In this document: in pieces, positions 9,446 to 18,867 of the stretch
How positions within the stretch are numbered: the first letter of the stretch is position 1
Layout: every line of letters starts with the position of its first letter
IMG/VR virus record: IMGVR_UViG_3300011113_000640
Coordinates: 1-64,000 of that record
Reading direction: 5' to 3' (one strand)
DNA length: 64,000 nucleotides
Notes under the pieces: generated by a model
Told to the model about the DNA's origin: nothing
Databases searched by the model: none
The model's input: only the letters and a program-made list of their open reading frames with translations
Program-made: the position numbers and the translations under genes

Positions 9446-10116
9446 AATAGTCCTTTTAGTTGGTAAGGTGATCGACTGCGTAACACACGCAAGAAATCTC
9501 TTGTGCGGTCTGTGGCCACTCCTGTGGCCTGTAGGGTAACTCGTGCGGTGTGTCCTGCGTTGGCTGTTGAGTGTGGCACATTGATCCAGTCAAAGGTCGT
9601 GACATCACCGGCCTGCCAGCCTTGATGAGTGTGATTGCCATAACTCCAGAAGTGGCCTGGTCGCCATTCTGTAAGCTGTATCATGTACCTATGTACCTGC
9701 GAAGGATCCTCAGGCATCCATTTTTCTAACTTGTCCAGGTGCAAGTTCCAAACCTGTCCTGGCAACTGCACATGTATGCGTGCCATGCTGTCGCTTAACC
9801 CAAATAGGTCGGCCAAGCGTTGTAAACCTACAGACAACTGCCAGTTGAGATTGGTTACTTCATAGTCTGCGCCATAGCCAAAGCGTTCCAGGTCATAGTC
9901 TTCTGCGACCAGTTCAGACTCAGGTCGTGCCTTGTTAGGGTTCCCACGAGTGCGCCAGGTGACACTTTTGCTGTTTTCTATGATTGTATCCAGCTGATCC
10001 GACCAAAATGGTCGTATATTACCACAGTAGGTCACTGTGTCAAAGAGCGGATCCATGCGTCTTGGATCAAAATGATATCTACTGCGTTTTCGTGTTTCGT
10101 CCCAACTGCTGTTCAT
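9442..10116 (-). CDS. Fe(II)/2-oxoglutarate dioxygenase-like (cupin) protein
   Basis: LHLD (HxD), PHSTANAG (distal His) and RVTLQATG (2OG-binding R). Confidence 0.65.
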   Translation of the reverse strand: MNSSWDETRKRSRYHFDPRRMDPLFDTVTYCGNIRPFWSDQLDTIIENSKSVTWRTRGNPNKARPESELVAEDYDLERFGYGADYEVTNLNWQLSVGLQRLADLFGLSDSMARIHVQLPGQVWNLHLDKLEKWMPEDPSQVHRYMIQLTEWRPGHFWSYGNHTHQGWQAGDVTTFDWINVPHSTANAGHTARVTLQATGVATDRTRDFLRVLRSRSPYQLKGLL

Positions 10117-10748
10117 AGTTTAATTCCCTGGAATACTCGCACATACACATCACTGTCTGGATAGTCTTGTTGATACTTAGCAGGCGGTGGCGCGATTCTT
10201 AGCGTGTCACATAGATGTCTGTTGTTTAGACACATGACTGTGGCTGACTTATTTAAGGCCTGGATCATGTCCCTATTTTGTTCTGTGATCCTGCGGTGCA
10301 TCCATGTTAAATCTCTATAGTATTCAGCATAGTCAGGATAGGTTATGCCAAAGTGGCCACATCTGACCCACCACCCCAAACAGGCATCCGTTGGGCGGTA
10401 AACGGTGACTACAGGGCAGTCGGGCCAGTGTGTTCTTAGGAAGTCTATGTGATGACAAAACACATGACTTTTTACAATGCGTATGCCAGTGCCCGAGAAT
10501 GGTCTATCAAATTCTGCTTCGCATTCTGATTTGGTTAGTTGGTCAAGACGATCAAAATCTTTGCCAAACTCCATGCCAGGATCATAATAAGCACCCAGGT
10601 GCATGAGTTCGCGGTGGCCCCAGGCCTCGTGATAATAGGTTCTGGCATCTGTGTAATCCGATCTATCGATATCAGAGCTATAGTACATGTTTTTGACCAC
10701 CGAGCTCCACTTGGAACCCGGGGCTCCGGCTACGAAAATATATTTCAA
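10113..10748 (-). CDS. Sulfotransferase-like P-loop protein
   Basis: IFVAGAPGSKWSSV N-terminal loop, IVKSH, and VYRP...W. Confidence 0.5.
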   Translation of the reverse strand: MKYIFVAGAPGSKWSSVVKNMYYSSDIDRSDYTDARTYYHEAWGHRELMHLGAYYDPGMEFGKDFDRLDQLTKSECEAEFDRPFSGTGIRIVKSHVFCHHIDFLRTHWPDCPVVTVYRPTDACLGWWVRCGHFGITYPDYAEYYRDLTWMHRRITEQNRDMIQALNKSATVMCLNNRHLCDTLRIAPPPAKYQQDYPDSDVYVRVFQGIKL

Positions 10749-11720
10749 TTATTTCTCTACTTTGATGTTTTTAGCTATGGGTGCAAAGGCTGTGCGTAGT
10801 TCTTCTGCATAGGCCATGACACCACGTGGGTTGAGTTCATCACGGTCTATGATTATATAGTTTTGTTCTGCCCAGTCTTGATATTCTTTGCTTAGTATTG
10901 CTTTAGAGAACTTGTCCACATACCAGTCCACAATGGTGTTTGGTGTCTGTGGTGGCAACACAACTACCCAGCCAGCATAAACTTTGAGTCCTGGAATAGT
11001 GTCACTGAGCAGGGGCACCGTAGGTAATGCTTTTAGTTTAGGTCCACCTGTGAGTCCTATAGTTTTGACTTTGCCTGATTCTATGAGAGGCCGGGCAATG
11101 GCTATGGGCATGATGCCAAATTCAGTGCCGGTTTTGCCGTCGTAGCTGGCCACTGATGTCACTGCCGGCAATGGCCCATTAAAAGCCACGTGTTGTATGA
11201 GCTTGGGATCAGCCTTGGTCTTGGCCATGATGTACTCATAGGCCATACGGTGTGCACCGCCACCCACAGCAATGTTCACAGTTTTACCATTGGTTATGTA
11301 TTTTACAAATTCTTGTGGTGTGTTTACTGCGCTTTTACTTGAGGCTACCAGGACCAGGGGACTCTTGCCCAGGGTTATCACAGGCTTGAAACTGTTGTAT
11401 TCAAACCGCTTGATGTCCTTCTGCCAGATATCGTTTGTGACAAACAGACTCATGTGGCTGGGCACCATTAAATGTAGTCCGTCGCTGGATGCGTTCATGA
11501 ATGCGTTTGATGCCACAGCAGCATCAGCACCAGGTCGTGTTTCAACAGTAAAGGCCACACCTGGGTTTTGATTGGCGACTATTTCGCTGGCTTTGCGAAA
11601 ACTGATTTCATTGCCACTGCCAGGAGCAAATCCAATGGTCGCGTTTACAGGTTTGTTAGGGGCCCATTGCGCCCAGGCCAAAGCAGGCACGACCAATAAG
11701 GTCAGTAATAATTTTTTCAT
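10749..11720 (-). CDS. tctC: Tripartite tricarboxylate transporter substrate-binding protein (TctC/Bug family)
   Basis: Signal peptide, IGFAPGSGNE, VETRPGA, VLASSKS..TPQEF, HVAFNGPLPA, LKALPTVP, GWVVVLPPQTP. Confidence 0.85.
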   Translation of the reverse strand: MKKLLLTLLVVPALAWAQWAPNKPVNATIGFAPGSGNEISFRKASEIVANQNPGVAFTVETRPGADAAVASNAFMNASSDGLHLMVPSHMSLFVTNDIWQKDIKRFEYNSFKPVITLGKSPLVLVASSKSAVNTPQEFVKYITNGKTVNIAVGGGAHRMAYEYIMAKTKADPKLIQHVAFNGPLPAVTSVASYDGKTGTEFGIMPIAIARPLIESGKVKTIGLTGGPKLKALPTVPLLSDTIPGLKVYAGWVVVLPPQTPNTIVDWYVDKFSKAILSKEYQDWAEQNYIIIDRDELNPRGVMAYAEELRTAFAPIAKNIKVEK

Positions 11721-11762
11721 AAAAGTTCCTTTGTGTAAATAGTTATAGAAAATTACAGACAC

Positions 11763-11778
11763 AGCAAAAATTTTTGCT
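11763..11778. promoter_or_regulatory. Perfect 16-bp palindrome AGCAAAAATTTTTGCT between divergent TAAATA motifs
   Basis: Seen directly, between + TAAATA 11736-11741 and - TAAATA 11791-11796. Confidence 0.5.
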
Positions 11779-11816
11779 TTCTTGTAAAATTATTTATCAC
11801 TTCTGGAAAAATCTTA

Positions 11817-12557
11817 ATGAATACTAAAATTTTTGCACTAATCAAGAAAAATTTGGACATGACTTTTGCCTTGCCCAAATACAGCTCTGTGCGCGATAGC
11901 ATTGGCGCCGATACTGTGGTAGAAGACCTGCCCTGGACTCCGGCACGCTATAGAAAGTTCAAAGATGCTGTGGAAGCCGAACTGGGCTTGCCCTGCGAAT
12001 ACCGTGGCACCCTGCGAGATATCATTGCTGATCTCAGTGAACGTTACACCAAGCGTTTTTTTGCTGAGATATGGAAGCCTAGGACTGGTGAATATGATCA
12101 CTCAGGCTGGGCCTTGGCCGAAGAAATCGCCAAACAAGATCCTCGAAATGTCTTAGATGTGGGGTGTGGATATCACCCATTCCGAGGTCGCATACCCAAT
12201 TTGACCGGCATTGATCCCTACAATAACTGCGCAGATTATGAAGTGGACATCTTGGACTATAAAGTCCGACCCGGCACACATGATCACATCATTGCCTTGG
12301 GATCAATCAATTTCAACAGCAAGGATGAGATTGAACAGCGTTTTGCTCACTGTGTAGAACTGTTGGCGCCCGGAGGCAAATTCTATCTGCGTGCCAACCC
12401 TGGACTGCCACATAAAACCGGACCTTATGTGGATATCTTTCCTTGGACCTTTGAAACGGTCAACGAGTTTGCTGAATGCTACAATCTAAAACTGCTGGAA
12501 TTCAAACGTGAACCGGCTGAGTTGGGTCGATTATTTTTTGTTTATCAAAAACTTTGA
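11817..12557 (+). CDS. Class I SAM-dependent methyltransferase with N-terminal ACP-like helical domain
   Basis: VLDVGCG, TGIDPY, IIALGSINF, LLAPGGKFYLR. Confidence 0.8.
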   Translation: MNTKIFALIKKNLDMTFALPKYSSVRDSIGADTVVEDLPWTPARYRKFKDAVEAELGLPCEYRGTLRDIIADLSERYTKRFFAEIWKPRTGEYDHSGWALAEEIAKQDPRNVLDVGCGYHPFRGRIPNLTGIDPYNNCADYEVDILDYKVRPGTHDHIIALGSINFNSKDEIEQRFAHCVELLAPGGKFYLRANPGLPHKTGPYVDIFPWTFETVNEFAECYNLKLLEFKREPAELGRLFFVYQKL

Positions 12558-13182
12558 TCATGTAGTCAGCGGCTGACTTGTGTGCTTCTTCCAATGGGTG
12601 CCAAGCTTCACTGATTGGGTAATTGTTTTTACGACTCCATGACAAAAAACCCAGACCTTCAAAAGTTGTCATATGCTTTGACACAGCATTTTGTAATTCT
12701 TTAACAGCCGAACTTGCATGCCAGCGTTGATCAAATATCAAATCATCCTCGTAGGTCATGATGAATTTTGTGCCTTTTTCCAACAAAATATCAATCACGG
12801 TTTTTACACTGATCAACGTGGTCAACTTGTCTCTGTATTCTGAGTGTAAGTTTTTGTAATATGACTCGGCGTATTTTTCAGTTGAGCTGGGTCGCAAGGT
12901 ACCCCAAGGTTGCCATATGTCCTTGGACTTGATAAAATCAAAACGATCTATCCAGGTCCAATCAATTATGTATACTGCTGAATCGTTTTTGTTGCATTCA
13001 TCGAGAACTCGTTCGGCTATTTGTAGATTTCCGCTTCCCGGTCTGGCATGGCATTCATAATCATACCCTAATCGGTTAGCCAACACAGCAGGCCAAGTCA
13101 ATTCACTGTATTTCCATATGTGTGGGTCGTCACTGAGCTCACTGCCATATATGAAACTGCAACCAAAACTTTTTATTTTCAT
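12502..13182 (-). CDS. SGNH/GDSL-like protein
   Basis: FGCSFIYG, ARPGSGNLQI, WHPLEEAH. Confidence 0.65.
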   Translation of the reverse strand: MKIKSFGCSFIYGSELSDDPHIWKYSELTWPAVLANRLGYDYECHARPGSGNLQIAERVLDECNKNDSAVYIIDWTWIDRFDFIKSKDIWQPWGTLRPSSTEKYAESYYKNLHSEYRDKLTTLISVKTVIDILLEKGTKFIMTYEDDLIFDQRWHASSAVKELQNAVSKHMTTFEGLGFLSWSRKNNYPISEAWHPLEEAHKSAADYMIKVFDKQKIIDPTQPVHV

Positions 13183-13212
13183 AGGTAATTATATACCTAC
13201 ATTTTGAATTTT

Positions 13213-13779
13213 CTAAATTATTCCTGCTGCTGACTGAATGGCTTGGAGTGTTCTATCCCGTTTGTCGTAGGTTGCGACCACAGGTAAGCCTGCCGCTAAA
13301 CGCACTTCGTTGAGATCCTTCTCGTAACGGTCGCGATAGGCTCGGGGACTCAAGGGCACTGTGCTATCAAAGGTGTCACGACTAAATGGAATCTCTTTGT
13401 CTCGGTAGTGCATGGTCCATGCCGACGAATCTTCCCATTCTGTGAGTGTGTTGAGATCATCCAGCAACTGTTCAACGTTGCCGCCGGCTGTACTTCTACG
13501 TCGTATTTCCACATATACCAAGTAGCGTCCAGGTTTGATTTCACCTGGACTGCGATCTGCATCCAGCACAAAGTCATAGCCCTTTTCAAACCAGCTCATA
13601 AGATCCTTGGCGGCCTGCGGATCTCTCACAAAAAAACTGATCACGATGATGTCATCATCGTCGCCCATTTTGCTAGAGAACTCGTCCACATGTATAGTGG
13701 GCTTCATCATGCCTTCGAGGTCTTTGAAGCCAAGACTTTCAGAAAGCTGGAGCGGCGGGTTGGAGTGTTTGTTGTGCAT
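13213..13779 (-). CDS. Hypothetical phage protein
   Basis: Long ORF in operon context. The start at MHNKH is uncertain. Confidence 0.65.
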   Translation of the reverse strand: MHNKHSNPPLQLSESLGFKDLEGMMKPTIHVDEFSSKMGDDDDIIVISFFVRDPQAAKDLMSWFEKGYDFVLDADRSPGEIKPGRYLVYVEIRRRSTAGGNVEQLLDDLNTLTEWEDSSAWTMHYRDKEIPFSRDTFDSTVPLSPRAYRDRYEKDLNEVRLAAGLPVVATYDKRDRTLQAIQSAAGII

Positions 13780-14326
13780 TTTGGGCTTGTTGTTCATTCT
13801 GATAACTTTCTTGATCAAGATCCTGCTCGTAGGCATCGTCTAGATCGGCTAAATCGATTTCCTCATCTTCCAGTTCCACTGAACCTGTGCGTATGTCTGT
13901 CATAAGAGCTTTGGGCATGGTGATCTGTACCAGCCAGATTTTCTTTTCTATGAGACGAGCTTTTTTGGTACCTGGACGATAATCCGATGGATCTTCGATT
14001 TTCATGGGCACCTTCATGGCAGTTTTTTTGTATTTGACTTCGCAGTCAAACGGCAACAGTCTACGGGCGCCACGTGGGTCGGGCATGAGCTTTTCGGGCC
14101 ACATGAATATGCAGGTCACACGATATTTGCCGATGTTGGGCCCACTTACAAGTTCGCCAATTTGCCAGTTTTTGAAAGCATATAGATCCAGCTCATCCAG
14201 CACACGCTCAAAGTCCAACAGCGTGAGCAAGCTGCCTTCGCTCATGTAGATGTCGCGGATGTTTTCTGCCACCTGCCAGTAGTCTTCACCGTCGCGGAAT
14301 ATGGCTTGATCAATGGTTTTGCTCAT
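13739..14326 (-). CDS. Hypothetical phage protein with acidic tail
   Basis: 195-aa ORF preceded by TAAATA. Confidence 0.7.
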   Translation of the reverse strand: MSKTIDQAIFRDGEDYWQVAENIRDIYMSEGSLLTLLDFERVLDELDLYAFKNWQIGELVSGPNIGKYRVTCIFMWPEKLMPDPRGARRLLPFDCEVKYKKTAMKVPMKIEDPSDYRPGTKKARLIEKKIWLVQITMPKALMTDIRTGSVELEDEEIDLADLDDAYEQDLDQESYQNEQQAQNAQQTLQPAAPAF

Positions 14327-14503
14327 GTTGTTATTTATGGAGGTTGGGTAGCTGGCCCAAGTTTGAAGATTTTACAGCGCAGTCTAATACTTAGCCCGCA
14401 CATATCAAATATCTACTACCATAAAACTTTGACAGAATATAGTCTAAATACCTGTGACAGCAATCGCTGTCGAAGTATAATTTAACCCAACGGAGAATCG
14501 CAC

Positions 14504-15241
14504 TTGAGTAGAAATCGCGCAAGCAAAGCACAAAAGCGTATGAAACAAGTCGAGAACACCATCCAGTTTAACCAAGCCACACCCAAGCAGTACCGTCCAC
14601 GCACTATTGATCTGGTTCCTAGAACCCGTAATCAAGAGCGCCTGGTTTTGGCCTTGCAGGATAGTTCTCAGCACATTGTTGTCACAGTTGGCCCCGCCGG
14701 CACAGGTAAAACTTACTTGGCCATGCAGGCTGCTGTACGAGCCCTACAAGAAGGAACCACAGAACGCATAGTAATGACACGACCTGCAGTGGGAGTAGAA
14801 GATGAACGGCACGGATTCCTGCCGGGCAATCTTGTGGCAAAAATGGAACCATGGACTCGCCCTTTACTGGACGTATTACGCGAGAGTTACCGCCCTCAAG
14901 ACATTAGTGCGATGATTGAGGATCAGGTCATAGAAATAGCCCCCTTGGCATTCATGCGGGGTCGAACGTTCAAGCGGTCGTGGATCATTGCAGATGAAAT
15001 GCAGAATGCCACACCGGCCCAGTGTAAAATGTTGATGACCCGCATAGGTGTGGACTCAAAAATCGTTATCACGGGTGACATTGAACAAGCCGATCGCAGT
15101 CACGGCGACAATGGTCTCATGGACCTGAGTCAACGACTGGGGAAAGGGGGTGTTGAAGGAATTGCTGTGTGCGAGTTACAAGCTCGCGATGTACAGCGAC
15201 ATGCCATTATTGGCAGTGTATTGAAACTTTATTCTGATTGA
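14504..15241 (+). CDS. phoH: PhoH family ATPase
   Basis: GPAGTGKT, TRPAV, GFLPG, FMRGRTF, IIADEMQN, TGDIEQAD, DVQRH. TTG start. Confidence 0.95.
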   Translation: MSRNRASKAQKRMKQVENTIQFNQATPKQYRPRTIDLVPRTRNQERLVLALQDSSQHIVVTVGPAGTGKTYLAMQAAVRALQEGTTERIVMTRPAVGVEDERHGFLPGNLVAKMEPWTRPLLDVLRESYRPQDISAMIEDQVIEIAPLAFMRGRTFKRSWIIADEMQNATPAQCKMLMTRIGVDSKIVITGDIEQADRSHGDNGLMDLSQRLGKGGVEGIAVCELQARDVQRHAIIGSVLKLYSD

Positions 15242-15981
15242 TTGGATATTGGCCCATCGAGCAGTTTTTCTACTTGCTGGGCCAAATTCCTATAGGTATC
15301 TACTCCAGGATGAGTCAAATCTCTTGCCTGTCCATACGGAAATGGTGGATGCGGCGGAATCATGGCTCGAGTCAGCACTATGGGTGTGATACCCAACTCA
15401 GAACATACACGTTCAAAGGCCATGGTATTTTTTAACAGATTTAGTTGTTGATTGCTGTCATTGGTGAACCAAGTCTTGATAAAATAATCATGGGCACAAG
15501 GATTGGCAGTGTCCCCAGCCAGGATATTGATGGTATATGATTCAGCATCATTGAGCAGTTCGATGCGGTGTCTGTCGGCCTGCAACCAAATGGCATATCG
15601 AGGCTGTAAAAATTTCAAATAATGTTGGGCAAATCTAAATGCAGTGTCATTGCTGCTGCCAGCATGACCAAGATTGGCTATGCTCAATCCGGTCAAGGTC
15701 TCCAGTTGTTGTGGCCAAGTGTCTTCAACATGCACACCTGTGCCCATGGTAAAACTGCATCCAAAACACGCTGCGTCAAAAGACCTATCAAATTCATAGG
15801 TCCTAAATCCATGACTGTTGAATCGGTATTCTATAGGCCGATCTATAAAACCAAGATCCTGCAATCTTTGTCGGGCCTCTGGATCGGCTAAATTTTTTTT
15901 GTAAAATTCTTTGTTGTCTGAAGTATCCCAGGCAGATATCCGTCCGGCCTTTTGACTGTAGTTGTGGATGAGTGGGGTCAT
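15229..15981 (-). CDS. SGNH/GDSL-like protein
   Basis: FGCSFTMG, NLGHAGSSND, RDLTHPG (DxxH). Confidence 0.65.
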   Translation of the reverse strand: MTPLIHNYSQKAGRISAWDTSDNKEFYKKNLADPEARQRLQDLGFIDRPIEYRFNSHGFRTYEFDRSFDAACFGCSFTMGTGVHVEDTWPQQLETLTGLSIANLGHAGSSNDTAFRFAQHYLKFLQPRYAIWLQADRHRIELLNDAESYTINILAGDTANPCAHDYFIKTWFTNDSNQQLNLLKNTMAFERVCSELGITPIVLTRAMIPPHPPFPYGQARDLTHPGVDTYRNLAQQVEKLLDGPISNQSE

Positions 15982-16574
15982 CCTGTAATTATTTCAAAAA
16001 TTTCTCGCCAGTTTTTTACCAGGGCAATATCAGGATGATAATGATGCATGTTGTGGCCATGTTCCAACAACAGACATTTCAACCCTGCCCGATAACCAGC
16101 TTCGGCATTTTCGGGCTTGTCCTCAATCCACCAACAACCAGTGCCTTCGTATTCTTCCAAGGCTTCATCCTTGTGGGCACCTGTGTCTAAACACACGATG
16201 CGTTCAAAGGCATCGCCGAACAGTTTATGTATGTTCATTTCTCGCAGTTTTTGGGCGTTGGGGTCCAAGCTGAGGCTGGTAATGGCATGAAAACGAAATC
16301 CGTATTCTTCGTGCAAGCGTTTGATATAATACATGGCATCACGCTGAGCTGGCAAGAAACCAATGGCCGCTGACTCGTTGAATACCTTGATCAGTTTACG
16401 GATTTGATCTTTGCTTACACCATAGCGCAGGCTCATGTCGTATTGCAATTTGCTACCAGGCACTTCTTCAAAGCCATGTTCCTGCATCCATACATTGAAT
16501 GCCCATTCCCAGTCCAGGCAAACGCCATCACAGTCTGTGAGGATCAAGCGATCTAGGTTTTTCCATTTCTTCAT
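15978..16574 (-). CDS. HAD-superfamily phosphatase (5'-nucleotidase-like)
   Basis: ILTDCDGVCLDW, K in HKDE, WIEDK. Confidence 0.85.
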   Translation of the reverse strand: MKKWKNLDRLILTDCDGVCLDWEWAFNVWMQEHGFEEVPGSKLQYDMSLRYGVSKDQIRKLIKVFNESAAIGFLPAQRDAMYYIKRLHEEYGFRFHAITSLSLDPNAQKLREMNIHKLFGDAFERIVCLDTGAHKDEALEEYEGTGCWWIEDKPENAEAGYRAGLKCLLLEHGHNMHHYHPDIALVKNWREIFEIITG

Positions 16575-16581
16575 TGTTTTA

Positions 16582-17499
16582 TTATATTATAGATTGATTT
16601 TTTGGACAATTATATTGGCAAGCTGACTGTAGATCCAAATTTTGATAAAATTCTACAACCAATTTATCAGCAAGCAACTGGCTGATAGTGGTTTTGGTTA
16701 TGTCGTAACTTTTTTTATTTTTTCCAAATTGATGCTTGTAATAAAATCTATGGTCGGCTACCCAACAACAAGGTGAATAATAGCCATCTGCGGTGATAAA
16801 ATGTTCTCTACCTGTGTTGCACTTGGGTTCGACCTGGGGTATGAGATTTTCTTTTTTCCATCTTTCCATGGAAACGAATCTTTCTCCAATTAACTCGTCA
16901 GATCTGGGCAACAGGTCCAAGGTTTGTTCGTCAAAACGATCACTGGGGTCCAGAAAAAAAGTATCTACCCCTAGTTCTTGAGACATTTTTTTGGCCTGTT
17001 CAACAGTTTCTTCATTGTAAGCAAAAGGAATGTATTTCCATACAGTTTGACAGTTGCTGGCCACACAGGTTTTAATGGCGGTTTGTATGCTGGGCCAGTC
17101 GGCATTTTTTCTATACTGCGTGAAATTATCTGGTGTGCCGTCTATGCTAAATTGCACTACGTCATCTTTATCAAGATACCCGGTCAATTGTTGCCACCAG
17201 CTTTGAGATTGATAACTGCCATTGGTAGTGATCGATATCATGGTTCCTGCTTGCTTGAGCTTGGCCACAAAATTGATCAGATCACTGTGATATATTGGGT
17301 CTCCATAGTTTCCGCAGAGAACCATGCGTTTGCCCGAAAGATCGATATCTAAAAATGACAGCAATAAGTCAATATCAAGATTGTGATTTTTCCAGTGCCC
17401 GGGCCATTGATTGATAAATCTGGTCCTGGCACATCCGGAACATTTGAGAGTGCAGATATTGGTAGGTTCTATGTGGAACCCAGTGATGGTATCAATCAT
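16582..17499 (-). CDS. Radical SAM enzyme with C-terminal SPASM/twitch-like domain
   Basis: Start reset to MIDTIT. CTLKCSGC, GNYGDP, ITTNGS, FSIDG, C..G...DG..SPCC...CQYNC. Confidence 0.9.
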   Translation of the reverse strand: MIDTITGFHIEPTNICTLKCSGCARTRFINQWPGHWKNHNLDIDLLLSFLDIDLSGKRMVLCGNYGDPIYHSDLINFVAKLKQAGTMISITTNGSYQSQSWWQQLTGYLDKDDVVQFSIDGTPDNFTQYRKNADWPSIQTAIKTCVASNCQTVWKYIPFAYNEETVEQAKKMSQELGVDTFFLDPSDRFDEQTLDLLPRSDELIGERFVSMERWKKENLIPQVEPKCNTGREHFITADGYYSPCCWVADHRFYYKHQFGKNKKSYDITKTTISQLLADKLVVEFYQNLDLQSACQYNCPKNQSII

Positions 17500-17500
17500 G

Positions 17501-17785
17501 CTAGGAAGTTTTGTTGATATCTTCTTTGGATAGTTCGTGTCCGTTTTCCTGGAACAAGCGTTCAATGGTGGTTGCATAGTGTTTGTAATAGTAGCTGACA
17601 ATGGTATCCCAATCTTTGGTGGCACTAAGTCCGGCCACGCTACACAACAACACCCGCTGTTCCTTAAAATCCAGGATAACATTGGTCATTTGCCAATCTT
17701 TGCGCCTGAGTCTTTTCGAGATAGTCATGACTTCATCAATCTTGCCCGAAGGTTTAGTGTAGTAGGTTAATAACAGATATCTCAT
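17501..17785 (-). CDS. Hypothetical protein
   Basis: 94-aa ORF packed between its neighbours. Confidence 0.65.
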   Translation of the reverse strand: MRYLLLTYYTKPSGKIDEVMTISKRLRRKDWQMTNVILDFKEQRVLLCSVAGLSATKDWDTIVSYYYKHYATTIERLFQENGHELSKEDINKTS

Positions 17786-18867
17786 ATTAAATTTATTCCT
17801 AAGTAATTGCGATGATCGATGTTGCGTCTTGAATCTAGATCTTTGATGTAGGAACTCAACAAAATTGAATCTCCTGGAGTTAGTATAAGATCAGTGATGT
17901 TATCAATTTTTGTTTTAAAAATTAAATCATTTTGATAAAATCTTGATTGACGAATATTTACAAAATTATCATGTACTGTTTGTTTTATTTCTGGTGGCAA
18001 ATTATTGACCAGTAATGCCCGAGGCTTTGTTAAAATTGACAGAGTCCATTGATGGCACAGGTGTTCTATTTCTTGTAGCCGGTGTAAATTTAAAATACTC
18101 ACAGCATCAACTACTGTGTTAAATTGTATGTTACAGTTGATACTATTTGCCCACTGGAGATTTTCTAAAAATTTTGACCATTTCATTGGCCATCTGTGAT
18201 ATTCATTTATTTTTTCTACACCATCTACGCTGACCGTTAGTGTTAATTTTTTTATTCTTTTTAAAAATTCTTTCAAATTGTCATTGGTCCGGGTTAAATT
18301 AGTGTTTATAACTAGTTCGGGCTGTTGATCCAAGGTTGAAATATATTCTATTAATTGAATGAACTGATCGATAATTAAGGGTTCTCCTCCGGCCAGGTAA
18401 ACTTTTTTCGCCAGTTTTATTTTTTCTAAATCAAGTTTTAATTTACGAGACTTGGAATTTATTCCTAATTCTTTGGCCCAAAGAGAACTTTCGGTTGGAT
18501 TACAGGTAATACATGCCAAGTTGCATTTGTTATCATATCTTATGTCGTAAAAAAATACCTGGCGTGGCGAATCCTCAGTCCACTTTTCTATGTAATCGCT
18601 TACTTCTGCATGTTTTAGCCATCGAGCTGATTCCAAAAGCCTTGGACTAATTACTTGCGATTTTTCAAGATCGTAACATGATTGACAATGGACAATTTTT
18701 TCTCCGTTTTTTATTTTTTTTCTTAGTTCATTTGAACTAACAGAATCTAAATGATCAATTGAAGTAGGACTATAACAGCAAAAACGTTGGGCGTCACCTA
18801 GCGGATAAAATTGTTCAATGAATGGCAAAACACAAAAGGCCGGATTACTCAACCATTTAGTTGACAT
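17782..18867 (-). CDS. Radical SAM enzyme with N-terminal Cys-rich (twitch-like) domain
   Basis: Start reset to MSTKWL. FCVLPF..CC..CQSC, CNLACITC, LAGGEP, NTNL, SVDG. Strongly AT-rich. Confidence 0.9.
   Translation of the reverse strand: MSTKWLSNPAFCVLPFIEQFYPLGDAQRFCCYSPTSIDHLDSVSSNELRKKIKNGEKIVHCQSCYDLEKSQVISPRLLESARWLKHAEVSDYIEKWTEDSPRQVFFYDIRYDNKCNLACITCNPTESSLWAKELGINSKSRKLKLDLEKIKLAKKVYLAGGEPLIIDQFIQLIEYISTLDQQPELVINTNLTRTNDNLKEFLKRIKKLTLTVSVDGVEKINEYHRWPMKWSKFLENLQWANSINCNIQFNTVVDAVSILNLHRLQEIEHLCHQWTLSILTKPRALLVNNLPPEIKQTVHDNFVNIRQSRFYQNDLIFKTKIDNITDLILTPGDSILLSSYIKDLDSRRNIDHRNYLGINLI

Noticed and set aside
14400-14503. Pho box upstream of phoH
   Set aside because: There are only scattered TGAC/CTGT words without an 11-bp period. 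A TAAATA motif and a small hairpin are present instead.
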